A stretch of DNA of 64,000 bases from Abditibacteriaceae bacterium (GCA_965277285.1 OZ255721.1:608001-672000); one strand, 5' to 3'; shown: positions 1-11,180, counted from the first letter of the stretch. Translations and numbers: made by a program. Notes: generated from the sequence alone by a model not told the origin.

Positions 1-466
1 GGCGCAACGTGGACAAAACGTGACGCTCATCACACAAAACGTGGACGAATTGCATCAGCGCGCGGGAAGTTCGGCTGTCGTCGAACTACACGGAAGCCTG
101 ATGAAATCGCGCTGCATGGAAGGATGTTCCGCACCGTTTGAAGACGCGCAATCACACGCCGGAGCCTTGCCGTTGTGCGAGAACTGCGGAGCGCCGTTAC
201 GTCCCGATTTCGTCTTGTTCTCCGAAATGTTGCCGATTGGCGCGTTACAACGTTGCCGTCACGCGTTACGTTCGTGCGATTTGTTCCTGGCGATTGGCAC
301 GTCCGGCACGGTTTCGCCCGCCTCTGAATTTGTCGCAGGCACCTCAATGATTGGAGCGCGCACCGTTTTAGTCAACCTTCATCCGATGACGCCGCGCAAC
401 CCGTATTTCAAAACCGAAGTGCTGGGACGCGCCGAAGAAACCTTGCCGCAGTTGTTCGGCTTCTAA
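1..466 (+). CDS. cobB: NAD-dependent deacylase, Sir2/CobB family (5' end outside window)
   Basis: QNVDxLHQRAG, HG, CxxC..CxxC, LRPD and GTSG motifs typical of sirtuins. Confidence 0.9.
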   Translation, partial: AQRGQNVTLITQNVDELHQRAGSSAVVELHGSLMKSRCMEGCSAPFEDAQSHAGALPLCENCGAPLRPDFVLFSEMLPIGALQRCRHALRSCDLFLAIGTSGTVSPASEFVAGTSMIGARTVLVNLHPMTPRNPYFKTEVLGRAEETLPQLFGF

Positions 467-597
467 ATCGAGTACTCGATACTTCCGGCGGATAATTCCT
501 ATAACTCTGGAATTTTCCTCGAATTGCTGCTTTTCTCTTGAATTGATATTGTCACCATCTTAAAATTAACAATATCAATTCGACAGTGAGGCGCGCG

Positions 598-2100
598 ATG
601 GTTTTCAGTTCACAGATTTTCTTGTTTGGCTTTCTACCGTTGGCGCTGGCGATTTATTACGCGTTTTCGTGGTCGTCGCAGCGCGTGCAGAACGGCGTGC
701 TGGCGTTGTTGGGTTACGTGTTTTATGGCTGGGCGGAGCCGCGTTTTGTGGTATTGATGTTCGCCACAACGTTTGTGGACTGGATGTTCAGCCTGGTGGT
801 GGCCAGCGATTCGTGGCGTTTTTGGCAGGCGTGGCGTCGTCCGATTGAAGCGTTGCCGCGCGGCGAAGCACGAACGCGACGGCAGAAGAGCGCGCTGGCG
901 TGTTCGGTAATTTCCAACCTGGCTGTACTGGGATTTTTCAAGTATGGCAACTTCGCGTTGAGTTCGTTCGATGCGGTTTTTTCACGCGGGCATTTGTCGT
1001 TGCAAGCGTTGCATATCGCGTTGCCTTTGGGAATTAGTTTCTATACCTTTCAGTCGCTGTCGTATACGATTGACGTGTATCGCGGCGAGGCGAGCGCGAT
1101 GACCAACTTCGTTGATTTCTCGTGCTTCGTTTCGATGTTTCCTCATCTGGTGGCAGGACCGATTTTGAAGTTTTCGTTTCTGGCCGAGCAACTGCGATTT
1201 CGTAGGGCAACAACCGAAAAGTTCGCGCGTGGCATAGCGTTTTTCTCGCTCGGACTGGCCAAGAAGATTTTGCTGGCGAACGTTTGCGCTCAAGTTGCGG
1301 ATGCAGCCTTTGGAGCGGGTTCATTGTCGCCGCAACAAGCATGGCTGGGCGCGATTGCTTACGCATTTCAAATCTTCTTCGACTTCAGTGGCTATTCCGA
1401 TATGGCGATTGGACTTGGATTGATGCTGGGTTTCATGTTCGCGCGCAATTTCCAGTCGCCTTATCGTGCAACTTCGGTGAGCAATTTCTGGCGGCGCTGG
1501 CATATTTCGCTTTCGACTTGGCTACGCGAATACCTTTACATTCCTCTGGGCGGCAATCGGCGTGGCGAAACGCGCACTTACTTCAACTTGTTCGTGGTCA
1601 TGTTGTTGGGCGGTTTGTGGCACGGTGCGAGTTGGAATTTTGTGATCTGGGGCGCTTTGCACGGCGGCGCTCTGGCGATGGAACGCGCTTTTGGACGCTG
1701 GAGAACAGGACGCTGGAGAACGGGACGTGTGCTTTCGAGTACTCGAAACGCTGTCTTCACGCGTTTGATGGGACAAACGGCGACGTTCTGCTTTGTCGTT
1801 CTCGCGTGGGTTTTCTTTCTAGAGGACAGTTTGCCGCACGCCGTTTTTTACGTGGGAAGCATGATGGGTTTGGAACACGTTGGAGTGAGCGCGCAGTTGT
1901 TAAACGCAACGATGATGGCGCCACAAGCGGTTTGGGGCTTGATAGTGGCTGGACTTTGTGTGTGGGTTTTGCCCGGTACGTGGGAATGGACGCAGCGTTT
2001 GACGTGGCCGCGCGCGGCTTTTTGTACATCGGTTTTGTGGCTGTCGCTACTTGTAATGGCGACGCAAACCTACAGCCCTTTTATCTATTTCGTGTTTTAA
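598..2100 (+). CDS. MBOAT family polysaccharide O-acetyltransferase (AlgI/PatA-like)
   Basis: MVFSS..FLF start, LPLGISFYTFQ, DFSGYSDMAIG, FWRRWHISLS, GLWHGA, C-terminal FIYFVF. Confidence 0.92.
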   Translation: MVFSSQIFLFGFLPLALAIYYAFSWSSQRVQNGVLALLGYVFYGWAEPRFVVLMFATTFVDWMFSLVVASDSWRFWQAWRRPIEALPRGEARTRRQKSALACSVISNLAVLGFFKYGNFALSSFDAVFSRGHLSLQALHIALPLGISFYTFQSLSYTIDVYRGEASAMTNFVDFSCFVSMFPHLVAGPILKFSFLAEQLRFRRATTEKFARGIAFFSLGLAKKILLANVCAQVADAAFGAGSLSPQQAWLGAIAYAFQIFFDFSGYSDMAIGLGLMLGFMFARNFQSPYRATSVSNFWRRWHISLSTWLREYLYIPLGGNRRGETRTYFNLFVVMLLGGLWHGASWNFVIWGALHGGALAMERAFGRWRTGRWRTGRVLSSTRNAVFTRLMGQTATFCFVVLAWVFFLEDSLPHAVFYVGSMMGLEHVGVSAQLLNATMMAPQAVWGLIVAGLCVWVLPGTWEWTQRLTWPRAAFCTSVLWLSLLVMATQTYSPFIYFVF

Positions 2101-2246
2101 GAATCAGTCCAAGAAAGGGAACACGGCGGCTTTGCCGTCGCGGATCGGCATGGATTTTATTTGATTTATGTTTTTTAGATCCGTGTTCATCGGTGTCGCG
2201 CAGCGCCGTGTTCCATGTTTTGAGCTGATTCCAAGAGGAGAAAACG

Positions 2247-3521
2247 ATGGCACGAACACATTTGACAACTGAACGTGAAGACGAAGCGGCGGCGATGCTT
2301 TCGAGTACTCGATTTGCGCGCGGCGTCGCACCGGCGTTGGTGGCGGCATTTTTGGGAACGATGTTGATTGTTCCAGGCGCGCAAGAAATGGCGCGTCGGA
2401 GAAGCGAAAAAGAAGCGCGCCCGAGCGTTTTTCATTCGAGCCTTTTGCCGCTACCCAAAATGACAACGTGGCCGACAATTCCCAGCGGACAAGAATTGCG
2501 CGCTTTTGAAAATCGGCTGCAGGACAATTCCGTTGTTTTTGCGAATCTGCGACCACGCACGCAATGGATGATGACGCGCTACCTGCGCGCGGGCAACGGC
2601 CAAGTTCTCATCGGGGCCGACAACTGGCTGTTTTACGATCCCGAAGTGCGCGCCATTACGATGCGCGGTTTTCGCGTCAACACAATGCGGACTACCGCGA
2701 ATTCAACGCAGAACGCGGTGCGCAACGATGAGGACGAACGTCACGATTCAATTCCTGCGATTGTACATCTGCGCGACCAACTGACGTCGCGCGGCGTCGC
2801 TTTGGTTGTGATGCCAATTCCCGTCAAAGCGACGATTTATCCTGAAAAGTTGTGGCCGTCTTATCAAAACTCTGCGACGTTGCCACAAAATGCGTCCTTT
2901 GGAAAGTGGAAACGAGCGTTGCAAAATCATGGCGTTCGAGTACTCGATGTGGCGCCGGATTTGTTGAACGCAAAACAACGCGGCGAAAGCGTTTTCGTCC
3001 CGACCGACACGCATTGGACGCCGCGCGGCGCCGAAGTCGCGGCGCAAAAACTGGGCGAATTGATCGCACAAACGGCGCAACTCCCGCAACGAGAGCCGAT
3101 CAATTTTGTGCGACATTCATCAAGCGGAGCGGCGCCAGACGATTTAGTGCGCGTTTTAGGTTTGCCTCCCAGTCAAACGTTGTTTCCACGACACACGATT
3201 GCATGGAACGCGGTTTATACGCCGTCTGGCAAGTTGTGCCAGGCGCAACAGAACGCCGATATCTTGGTGTTGGGCGATAGTTTTACGGGCATTTACGCGA
3301 ACGGCGGCGCCTCGCTTCCGCAGCAACTTGGTTTCGTATTGAAGCGTCCGGTCGATTGGCTGGCGGTTCCCAATGGCGGTTCTTATCTGTCGCGTTTGAA
3401 ACTGGTTCAGGAAGCGGCGCATAGACACGATCATTTGCGCGGCAAACGCCTGGTGGTTTTAGAATTCACCGTGCGCGACTTGTGTTTCGGCGATTGGCGC
3501 GTCCTCAATTTGCCGCAATGA
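2247..3521 (+). CDS. AlgJ/AlgX-like SGNH O-acetyltransferase partner
   Basis: G..WLFY, P.KATIYPE, TDTHW and GDSF motifs; follows the algI-like gene; GAGGAG RBS. Confidence 0.85.
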   Translation: MARTHLTTEREDEAAAMLSSTRFARGVAPALVAAFLGTMLIVPGAQEMARRRSEKEARPSVFHSSLLPLPKMTTWPTIPSGQELRAFENRLQDNSVVFANLRPRTQWMMTRYLRAGNGQVLIGADNWLFYDPEVRAITMRGFRVNTMRTTANSTQNAVRNDEDERHDSIPAIVHLRDQLTSRGVALVVMPIPVKATIYPEKLWPSYQNSATLPQNASFGKWKRALQNHGVRVLDVAPDLLNAKQRGESVFVPTDTHWTPRGAEVAAQKLGELIAQTAQLPQREPINFVRHSSSGAAPDDLVRVLGLPPSQTLFPRHTIAWNAVYTPSGKLCQAQQNADILVLGDSFTGIYANGGASLPQQLGFVLKRPVDWLAVPNGGSYLSRLKLVQEAAHRHDHLRGKRLVVLEFTVRDLCFGDWRVLNLPQ

Positions 3522-3566
3522 AGCCGCTGCGTTACATTGAAGTGCAGTATAAATTCGAGTACTCGA

Positions 3567-3900
3567 ATGAACGATTTTCTTGCGATGTGGAATTCAATGT
3601 CAACTTGGGGAAAGGTTTTCTTTTCATTCGTGATGCTTGGGGGCGCAGGCTTTGTGTGTTATTGGTTTACGCTGCTTTTCTCTTCTCTCTTACTTTACCG
3701 ACCGTTTAAGGCGTTATAAGGAGGAACTTCGTTCTCACCATCCCCGATTGCTGGAATCTCTTGCGAGCCAGACGGCGTTTGCAAAGGTTGCCACAACGCT
3801 TACAAGAACCTTTGGACAGACCGCTTCCTGTTGAAAATCTCGTGCGACGTGGAACGAGTTCATCATCTCAAACAGAGGCGATGAAGACGCAACTCTGGCA
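3567..3900 (+). pseudogene. Possible fragmented small membrane-protein gene
   Basis: AT-richer segment; ATG immediately after a palindrome copy; protein-like segments split over three overlapping frames (3567-3719, 3637-3834, 3761-). Confidence 0.3.
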
Positions 3901-4043
3901 CAGAAAAAACAAGCCGTTCGACCTATCTGGAGTTTTCAGATCAGGGTTCAAAGAATCGCTTTGGCTTTCTGGCTTCTGGGGCTGCTCGGAGTGCCAGGTA
4001 TGGCTTACGGCATCACTAAATTTGGACATCCATAACTTTTCTT

Positions 4044-5555
4044 ATGCACGAACCTCTTCTTTTTGAACTGTCGGACGAAGGTCAAATCAACGATTATTTG
4101 CCGCCGTGCGACGTGCCCGAAACCGCTTTCGAGTACTCGATTCGCGGCGAATTGCCTTTGCCGGAAGTCGATGAACACACGCTGGTGCGGCATTTTACGC
4201 GACTTTCGCAGCAAAACTTCAGCATCGATACCGAATTTTATCCGCTCGGTTCGTGCACCATGAAATACAATCCCAAGCTGAACGAAATGGTTGCCAGCCT
4301 TCCAGGTTTCGCCAGCGTTCATCCTTTGCAGCCGACTTCGACAACGCAAGGCTGGCTTCAAGTGTTGTTTGAAGCGCAGCAAACTTTGGCTAAAATCGCC
4401 GGTTTGGACGCCGCCACAGTGCAGCCTTTGGCGGGCGCGCAAGGCGAATTTTGCGGATTGTTGATGATTCGCCAATACCACGAAAGTCGCGCCAAAGAAA
4501 GCGGACAATCGAGTACTCGAACGCGCATTGTCGTCCCCGATTCGGCGCATGGCACCAATCCGGCGAGCGCGGCGCGTTGCGGTTATTCCGTCACCAGCGT
4601 CGCGTCCGATGTTCACGGCTGCGTCGATCTGGAAGCGATGCGCCAGGCGTTGGGCGAAGATGTCGCGGCGGTGATGATCACTAATCCGAACACGCTGGGC
4701 GTTTTCGAGAAGGACATTCAACGTTTGTGCGAAATGGCGCACGAAGTGGGCGCGCTGGTTTATATGGATGGCGCCAATATGAACGCGATTTTGGGGCAGG
4801 CGCGCCCCGGCGATATGGGCGTTGATGTGATGCACTTCAACGTTCACAAAACGTTTTCCACGCCGCACGGCGGAGGCGGGCCGGGCGCTGGCCCAGTCGC
4901 GGTGCGCCAGATTCTCGAACCGTTTTTGCCCACGCCGCACGTTGTCAAAAACGAAAACGCCTACGCTTTTGATTTGGACAGGCCGCAAAGCATTGGGCGT
5001 TTGCATGGTTTTTATGGCAATGCGGGAATCATTTTGCGCGCCCTGACGTACATCTTGCGGCACGGCGACAGCGGCTTGAAACAGATTTCCGAAGACGCGG
5101 TTTTATCGGCCAATTACATTCTGGCGCGCCTGCGCGGAACTTACGCGACGGCCAACGAGCAATTTTGTAAGCACGAATGCGTGCTTTCGGCCAGCGAGTT
5201 GAAAACGAAATACGGCGTGACGGCCTGGGATATCGCCAAGCGTTTGCCGGATTATGGTTTTCATGCGCCGACGGTCTATTTCCCGACCATTGTCAAAGAA
5301 TCGATGATGATTGAGCCAACCGAAACCGAAACCAAAGCCACGCTGGACGCTTTTTGCGACGCCATGATTTCGATTGCCGAAGAAGCCGCCGAAAATCCCG
5401 ATTTGCTGCATCACGCGCCGCACACTTTGCAAGTTGGAAGGTTGGATGAAGCGAACGCGGCGCGCTGCCTCAATTTGTGCTGGACGGCTGACAATCGAGT
5501 ACTCGAAAGCGATGGCAACGCCAAACGCGAAGTGCCGCAATCTTCAACGTATTGA
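4044..5555 (+). CDS. gcvPB: Glycine dehydrogenase (decarboxylating) subunit 2
   Basis: YPLGSCTMKYNP, SAHGTNPASA, TNPNTLG, HKTFSTPHGGGGPG, IEPTETE motifs. Confidence 0.95.
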   Translation: MHEPLLFELSDEGQINDYLPPCDVPETAFEYSIRGELPLPEVDEHTLVRHFTRLSQQNFSIDTEFYPLGSCTMKYNPKLNEMVASLPGFASVHPLQPTSTTQGWLQVLFEAQQTLAKIAGLDAATVQPLAGAQGEFCGLLMIRQYHESRAKESGQSSTRTRIVVPDSAHGTNPASAARCGYSVTSVASDVHGCVDLEAMRQALGEDVAAVMITNPNTLGVFEKDIQRLCEMAHEVGALVYMDGANMNAILGQARPGDMGVDVMHFNVHKTFSTPHGGGGPGAGPVAVRQILEPFLPTPHVVKNENAYAFDLDRPQSIGRLHGFYGNAGIILRALTYILRHGDSGLKQISEDAVLSANYILARLRGTYATANEQFCKHECVLSASELKTKYGVTAWDIAKRLPDYGFHAPTVYFPTIVKESMMIEPTETETKATLDAFCDAMISIAEEAAENPDLLHHAPHTLQVGRLDEANAARCLNLCWTADNRVLESDGNAKREVPQSSTY

Positions 5556-5684
5556 GGCCGATGGGCAAAGAGCGAAGCCGAAGGCGCATCTGTGGAGAGC
5601 GATAGATAATCTCGTGCAACAACTTTTGAACACGCAAAGCGTGACAGGAAAGACGTTTAGAATCGAGTACTCGAATGAAAACTT

Positions 5685-6266
5685 ATGAGCGAAACAAACA
5701 ATAGCGAAGAAACCGTTGATAATCCGGCGTTGTGTCATGCGATTGAACGCAACATCCGCACGGTTCATCGCTTACGGGCGCACGCTTCGCGCGGACGTGG
5801 CATGGAAGAGCGCGCGGCGGACGGCATCACCGAGTTTTCGGGGCGCATGGTTTTCGTCTATGTCCACGCCATCTGGTTCATCGTCTGGCTGGCGCTCAAT
5901 ACCGGACATCTGGGTATCAAGCCGTTCGATCCGTATCCGTATCAACTGCTGACAATGATCGTTTCGCTCGAAGCGATTTTCCTTTCGACCTTCGTTCTTA
6001 TTTCACAAAACCGCTTGAGCGAAGAAGCTGACAAGCGCGCCGAACTCGATCTGCACATCGGGCTTTTGACCGAACATGAACTGACGCGCGTCTTGAAAAT
6101 GCTGGACGAAATTCAGGACAAGTTGGGCATTCCCAACGACGATGACGAACTGATGGAACTCGAAAAAGAAACGCGTCCCGAAGACGTTCTCGAAGAAATC
6201 CAGCGCGCCAACGAACGCTACATCAAGCGCAAACGCGGCCAACGCGCACCATCGAGTAATCGATAA
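5685..6266 (+). CDS. DUF1003 membrane protein
   Basis: AD.IT.FSG, FDPYPY.LLT..VSLEAIFLS.F.LISQNR. Confidence 0.88.
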   Translation: MSETNNSEETVDNPALCHAIERNIRTVHRLRAHASRGRGMEERAADGITEFSGRMVFVYVHAIWFIVWLALNTGHLGIKPFDPYPYQLLTMIVSLEAIFLSTFVLISQNRLSEEADKRAELDLHIGLLTEHELTRVLKMLDEIQDKLGIPNDDDELMELEKETRPEDVLEEIQRANERYIKRKRGQRAPSSNR

Positions 6267-6359
6267 CAAAACGAACCCGAAGCGTGAGCGACGGCCTTGA
6301 GTAGAAGTCAAATGTGACTATTACTAAGCCCGTCGCTCACGCTTCGGGTTCGTTTTGTT
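6265..6359. repeat. REP-like inverted repeat, family A (AACGAACCCGAAGCGTGAGCGACGG ... CCGTCGCTCACGCTTCGGGTTCGTT)
   Basis: Long inverted repeat between convergent genes; same arms recur at 10038, 19434, 23876, 60283, 61925. Confidence 0.9.
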
Positions 6360-6364
6360 GTGAA

Positions 6365-7498
6365 TTAGTTATTGAAAACGTCTTGCGGTAAGCCCAACAA
6401 CGGCAGCAAATCGTTGCCCGCGCCGTAACTTCCCAGCCACGCGATTTGTTCGTCGCTGATGTCGCGCGCGCGCAATTCTTCGATGACGTCCAGTTCCAAA
6501 TCGGGAACATAGCAGCGCAACATGACGAGCGGTTCGCTTCCCTGCGGCTCGATGTGAGTACTCAAACCGGCAGGAATCAACAACGATTCGCCGCGTTTTG
6601 CTGTGACCGTTTCATTGCCGCCGGAGAAACTCGCGGCGCCGCCGATCAGCGTCCACGTATTGAAACGCGCCGCGCCGTCGTCAAAATCGAATGCGGTGCG
6701 CGTCGTCCAGCGTTCCAGCACAAAATATTTGCAGGCGGCGCAGAACGTGCGCTCGGTTCCGCGCTCGTCAATCGTGACGTATTTGGTTTGCTCTTGCTGA
6801 CCATCTTCGTAAAGCGCGCATTCAATCGCGTTCTTCTTATGCGGCTCGACATCTTCCTTCGGAATAACGCCAGCTTCAACGAAACCCGCCCAATCCCAGC
6901 CAAAACCGGCGTCCGAGTTTTGCTGGATTTCAAACGCCAGATTGCCCGCGTCCAAGCCGTGCAAGCGTCCCGGCGGCACGAAATAGGTCTCGTCGGTCGT
7001 CGTCGGCACTTTCTTCATCACGCCGTCGTAAGCATCATTGCGATCAATCGCCGCGCGGAACTTTTCCGGCGTCATACCAGGAAGTGTTCCCGTGTAAGCC
7101 GCCGCACCCTGGTCGGCTTTCACGATGTACCACGCTTCGGTTTTGCCGGTGTCATTCATTCCCAAGCGCTCGGCGTTGGCGTCGTTCGGGTGCATGTGCG
7201 CGGGCAAACGCTTGTCGCAATCGAGAAACTTGAGCAGCAGCGGAAAATAATTGCCGTAGCGCGCCCAGATTTCTTCGCCGACTAACTCGGCTTGAAATTG
7301 CGTCATCAAGTCGTGCAAGGTTTTTCCGGCCAGCGGCCCGTTGACGACCGTCGATTGTTCTTCGCCATGATCCGCGACTTCCCACGTTTCGGCGATGTCG
7401 CGGTCGCGCGGAACATCAAGGTCGAGCACTTCGGCGAAACGTCGTCCGCCATATGGGTAAAACTTGAGAAACGGTTTGAACTTGAATGGATAAAGCAT
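6365..7498 (-). CDS. Class I mannose-6-phosphate isomerase-like cupin
   Basis: E.WEVADH, FPLLLKFLD, H.HP, GKTEAWYI, G.LH, EIQQNSD motifs. Confidence 0.85.
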   Translation of the reverse strand: MLYPFKFKPFLKFYPYGGRRFAEVLDLDVPRDRDIAETWEVADHGEEQSTVVNGPLAGKTLHDLMTQFQAELVGEEIWARYGNYFPLLLKFLDCDKRLPAHMHPNDANAERLGMNDTGKTEAWYIVKADQGAAAYTGTLPGMTPEKFRAAIDRNDAYDGVMKKVPTTTDETYFVPPGRLHGLDAGNLAFEIQQNSDAGFGWDWAGFVEAGVIPKEDVEPHKKNAIECALYEDGQQEQTKYVTIDERGTERTFCAACKYFVLERWTTRTAFDFDDGAARFNTWTLIGGAASFSGGNETVTAKRGESLLIPAGLSTHIEPQGSEPLVMLRCYVPDLELDVIEELRARDISDEQIAWLGSYGAGNDLLPLLGLPQDVFNN

Positions 7499-7521
7499 AA
7501 GCTACCTTCTGATTGTTTAAT

Positions 7522-7770
7522 CTAACTTTCGGCTCGACTTTTGAGAAATGTCATGGTGTACGCTCCAGCTATGGCGATGAAAATTGGAGCGAAGAATTCC
7601 AAGTTTGTGACAAAATGCATCGTAGCCTGATTAAGCGCCGAGAAGCCATGTAATGTTAGCTGGACACGAAGGAACAACACGCAAAGCGCAAACAAGACCG
7701 CAAACGAAACGATGTAAAATGCCACCATATAAACCAAGAAAACAACCATCTTCCTCAAGGAAATTACCAA
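7522..7770 (-). CDS. Small hypothetical membrane protein
   Basis: Two hydrophobic helices; AT-richer; fills the gap between pgi and the PMI-like gene. Confidence 0.5.
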   Translation of the reverse strand: MVISLRKMVVFLVYMVAFYIVSFAVLFALCVLFLRVQLTLHGFSALNQATMHFVTNLEFFAPIFIAIAGAYTMTFLKSRAES

Positions 7771-7822
7771 TTGGTTCTCCTAATTGCATCAAGGTCTGGT
7801 GGCTATTACTCTCAGCGGCAGG

Positions 7823-9409
7823 CTACTTCGAGAACGTCACTTGCGCCACGTCTTTGCCGCTGCTTTTGCGGACACGATTATTGGCGGCTAGATGGCGCAG
7901 AATGTGGAAAATGCTTTCGGCGTCGTCGGGCGAACCGATACTTTGCGCGATTTCGTCGGCTGTGAGATACGATCCCGTCTGGTTTCCCAACGCTTCGAGT
8001 ACTCGATGTTGCAGTTCCAAAACACCCGCAGCGGCTTTCTTGCCCGCTTCCACGCCCGGCTGATGATACGCGTTCACGTTCACCAACTGCCCGTAGAAAC
8101 CGACGGCGCGTTCATAAAGCGCGATCAGTTTACCAATCGTTTCAGCGTTGACGTTTTGCACAGAAATCGTGATGCTCTGGCGCCCATTTTCCCACAAGGC
8201 GCGGCGCGTGCCATACATCAAGCCCGAAAGGTAATCGCCCAGCGTCACGCCGTCTTCCACTTCGAGAGAACTGTCGCCATCGGTGCGATCTTGCAAAACT
8301 TCGATGAACGTTGCAAAGAAGTTCGGCACACCTTCGCGCAATTGCTGCACATACGCGTGCTGATCGGTCGAACCTTTGTTGCCGTAAACCGCGATTCCCT
8401 GATGCACGATTTTGCCGTCCAGGTCTTTTTCCTTGCCCAGACTTTCCATCACCAATTGCTGAAGATATTTCGCCAGCAGCGACAGACGATCTTTATACGG
8501 CAAAATCACCATGTCTTTTTTGCCCGCGCCGTCCGTCGCATGAAACCACGTCAAGGCGAGCAAAGCAGACGGATTTTTCAGCGTTTCCTTGGCGCGCGTC
8601 GCTTCATCCATTTGCGCCGCGCCATGCAACATTCCGTCGATGTCGAAGCCTTGCAGCGCAGCCGGAAGCAGACCGACAGCGGACAATTCGCTGGTTCTGC
8701 CGCCGACCCAATCCCACATCGGGAAGCGCGCCAGCCAACGCTCGTCTTCCGCGACTTTGTCCATCTGACTGCCTTCGCCGGTCACAGCGACCGCGTGACG
8801 CCCGAAGTGCAAGCCCATTTCGTGATACGCGGCTTGCGCTTCCATCATGCCGTTGCGCGTTTCGGGCGTGCCGCCGCTTTTGGAAATGACGACCGTCAAC
8901 GTGTTCGCCAAACCATCGCCGATTTCGCGCAACGTGCGTTCCATGCCGTCAGGATCGGTGTTGTCGAAGAAATACGGCTTCATTTTGTCGCGCCCAGGTT
9001 CGCTGAGCGCGTTCGCCACGAACTGCGGCCCCAAAGCCGAACCGCCAATGCCGACAATCAGCAGATTTTGAAAAAGCCCGCCGCGCTCGGGCGTGATGTC
9101 GCCGTCGTGGACGCTGTGCGCGAAACTTTTGATGTCATCAAGTACGCGCGTGATCTCGTCACCCAGACCGTTCGGCGCGAGTTGTGGCGCGCGCAGCCAG
9201 TAATGTCCGACCATGCGATGTTCGTCGGGGTTGGCAATCGCGCCACCTTCCAGTTCGTCCATGAAAGCGAACGCTTTTTGGATGCGCGGCTCCATTTGCG
9301 CGAAGAAATCGTCCTCAAAATTCATGCGCGAAATATCGACGCTGATGCCGAGTTTTTCATCGTTCCACAAAAACTGCTGATAACGCTGCCACAGTTCGTT
9401 TGAGTTCAT
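7823..9409 (-). CDS. pgi: Glucose-6-phosphate isomerase
   Basis: [48 protein letters not shown]. Confidence 0.96.
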   Translation of the reverse strand: MNSNELWQRYQQFLWNDEKLGISVDISRMNFEDDFFAQMEPRIQKAFAFMDELEGGAIANPDEHRMVGHYWLRAPQLAPNGLGDEITRVLDDIKSFAHSVHDGDITPERGGLFQNLLIVGIGGSALGPQFVANALSEPGRDKMKPYFFDNTDPDGMERTLREIGDGLANTLTVVISKSGGTPETRNGMMEAQAAYHEMGLHFGRHAVAVTGEGSQMDKVAEDERWLARFPMWDWVGGRTSELSAVGLLPAALQGFDIDGMLHGAAQMDEATRAKETLKNPSALLALTWFHATDGAGKKDMVILPYKDRLSLLAKYLQQLVMESLGKEKDLDGKIVHQGIAVYGNKGSTDQHAYVQQLREGVPNFFATFIEVLQDRTDGDSSLEVEDGVTLGDYLSGLMYGTRRALWENGRQSITISVQNVNAETIGKLIALYERAVGFYGQLVNVNAYHQPGVEAGKKAAAGVLELQHRVLEALGNQTGSYLTADEIAQSIGSPDDAESIFHILRHLAANNRVRKSSGKDVAQVTFSK

Positions 9410-9461
9410 AAAAGTTCCTTTCCTTCAGGTCGTATGCAGAGCAAAGGCTCGAAACTGATAG

Positions 9462-9529
9462 TTTGTCATTCTGAACGCAGTGAAGAATCTCACTTCAATT
9501 AGGTTCTTCACTGCGTTCAGAATGACAAA
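9462..9529. repeat. REP-like inverted repeat, family B (TGTCATTCTGA.CGCAG.GAAGAATCT ... AGATTCTTC.CTGCG.TCAGAATGACA)
   Basis: Inverted repeat; copies also at 20892, 26267, 37870. Confidence 0.9.
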
Positions 9530-9612
9530 GTAACGGTTCCCTGTTCTGGTGCAAATTTCGATTTTTGCAAGAGGTCTGCTGAAATCAACAAGTGAATCGA
9601 GTACTCGATTTA

Positions 9613-10023
9613 TTAAGGATTCGGCTGATTGGCGACGCGCAAAACTTCGAGCGGCACTTCGCCTTTGAGTTCCTGATTGACCACGATTTCAAAGCGATAA
9701 TTGCCTTCGACGGGAAACTGCAAGTTGTGCAGATTGATGTCCATCGGCACAATTGGGCTGAGCGCGGGCGCATCGCGGCTAATTTGGATTTGTCCGGCGA
9801 TTTGCGCCGCGACCTGCGCGTCCGGCCCACGCAACGTGATCTCGAAATCGAAGTTCTTGCCCTTTTCCAGCGGACTGGCGCGAAACTCCAGCGCAAGCGC
9901 CAAATGCGGATGCACAACGGGGAACTGCGTACTGGCGATAGTGTGAAAAACGCCTAAGATATTCAACTTGTCGCCGACCGCTTTGTTCGCCGCGTCCGCT
10001 ACCACGCCTAAAATCAATTCCAT
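9613..10023 (-). CDS. Hypothetical beta-rich protein (DUF6941-like)
   Basis: DAA...GDKLNILGVF..I, F...G.Y.FEI pattern; AAGGA RBS. Confidence 0.7.
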   Translation of the reverse strand: MELILGVVADAANKAVGDKLNILGVFHTIASTQFPVVHPHLALALEFRASPLEKGKNFDFEITLRGPDAQVAAQIAGQIQISRDAPALSPIVPMDINLHNLQFPVEGNYRFEIVVNQELKGEVPLEVLRVANQPNP

Positions 10024-10037
10024 TATTTTCCTTTTGC

Positions 10038-10124
10038 AACGAACCCGAAGCGTAAGCGACGGGCTTAAGTCAAAGCTATATAAAAGTATCAGTTTAAGCC
10101 CGTCGCTTACGCTTCGGGTTCGTT
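10038..10124. repeat. REP-like inverted repeat, family A
   Basis: AACGAACCCGAAGCGTAAGCGACGGGCTTAA ... TTAAGCCCGTCGCTTACGCTTCGGGTTCGTT; overlaps the ROK stop codon. Confidence 0.9.
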
Positions 10125-11033
10125 AACGTGCATCGCCAGCGCGACTGCGCCCAAAACAGCGCCATCACGCGCCAATGGTGTGCCGCGCAAAACGAAATCG
10201 GTTGGCAGTGCGCAAAATTCGTGCAATGAGGCGCGCAAAGGCTGCAATAACGTTTCGTCGAGCGAATCTGGCAAGCTTCCACCGAGCACGACTTGTTGCG
10301 GTTGCAGCAACGAGACTGCGTTGCCGATACCTTGCGCCAAACGTCGCACGAAATCGTCGCAAACGGCGCGCGCCGCGAAATTCGATGCGCTTTGCGCCCA
10401 CACTTCCGCCGCATTTTGCAACGTGATGCCGTAGCCCGCAGCGCGCGCCAGAAAATTATCCGTTGTGCAATACGCTTCGAGCGTGCCGCGCCGCCCACTG
10501 CTGCCCAGAGTTCCGTCGCGCTCGATGCAAAGATCGCCCCACGCGATTTCGTTTCGAGTACTCGAATCGGCGTGATGAACTACCGCGCCTAATCGCGTGC
10601 CGACATGAAGATAAAGCCAGCTTCCCACGAAGCCGCGCCACGCGCCAAAACGCTCTTCGCCCAAGCTTTCGCACCAAATGCGACTGGCGGCGCGTGTTTG
10701 TTTGATATTCAAGGCTTCTTGGAGCGCACGGGGAATGTCGAAATTGTGCCAACCTTCTCCAAGAGCGCCGCGTTGCACAATGCCATTTGCATCGAAAACT
10801 GCATCGAGTGCGCACGCCACACCTTTAATTTGCACCCGTTCAATTTGCGAGCGAATCAAAGTTTCCTGCGCCGTGTCCATCGCCAAAGTCCAGGTTTGAC
10901 GCGAATCGCTATTAGCTGGCAAAGGCGCGCGCAAGGCGAGAACAACGGCGCCATCAGGCTGCATCAAAATCGTGGCGACATCAGCGCGAGAAACATCAAT
11001 TCCTAAAAACATAAAGGCGTAAAACGCATCCAC
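10107..11033 (-). CDS. Divergent ROK family protein
   Basis: LGID N-terminus, GRRGTLEAY, L.QGIGNAVSLL.P..VVLGG, A.LGA; the start may be 11012. Confidence 0.8.
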   Translation of the reverse strand: MDAFYAFMFLGIDVSRADVATILMQPDGAVVLALRAPLPANSDSRQTWTLAMDTAQETLIRSQIERVQIKGVACALDAVFDANGIVQRGALGEGWHNFDIPRALQEALNIKQTRAASRIWCESLGEERFGAWRGFVGSWLYLHVGTRLGAVVHHADSSTRNEIAWGDLCIERDGTLGSSGRRGTLEAYCTTDNFLARAAGYGITLQNAAEVWAQSASNFAARAVCDDFVRRLAQGIGNAVSLLQPQQVVLGGSLPDSLDETLLQPLRASLHEFCALPTDFVLRGTPLARDGAVLGAVALAMHVNEPEA

Positions 11034-11115
11034 AACGGCAAACCCGACGCTTCAATTGTCGCATATCGAAGGCGCATCTTCAATCGAGTACTCGAATCGA
11101 AACAAAAGGCGGACG

Positions 11116-11144
11116 TTGACGCAGCGTGGTGCAAACGATATAAT
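11116..11144 (+). promoter_or_regulatory. Sigma70 promoter for the tRNA gene
   Basis: TTGACG-17 bp-TATAAT upstream of tRNA-Leu. Confidence 0.8.
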
Positions 11145-11180
11145 GTGTCGGGCGTTTGGTGAAGTGCGGCAGTAATTTCA

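Noticed and set aside
7892..9403. 503-aa plus-strand ORF, and similar long antisense ORFs (4005-5063, 19691-20752, 21022-22314, 39015-40028)
   Set aside because: Shadow frames opposite well-supported genes (pgi, gcvPB, glf, glycosyltransferase, ATPase); no motifs.
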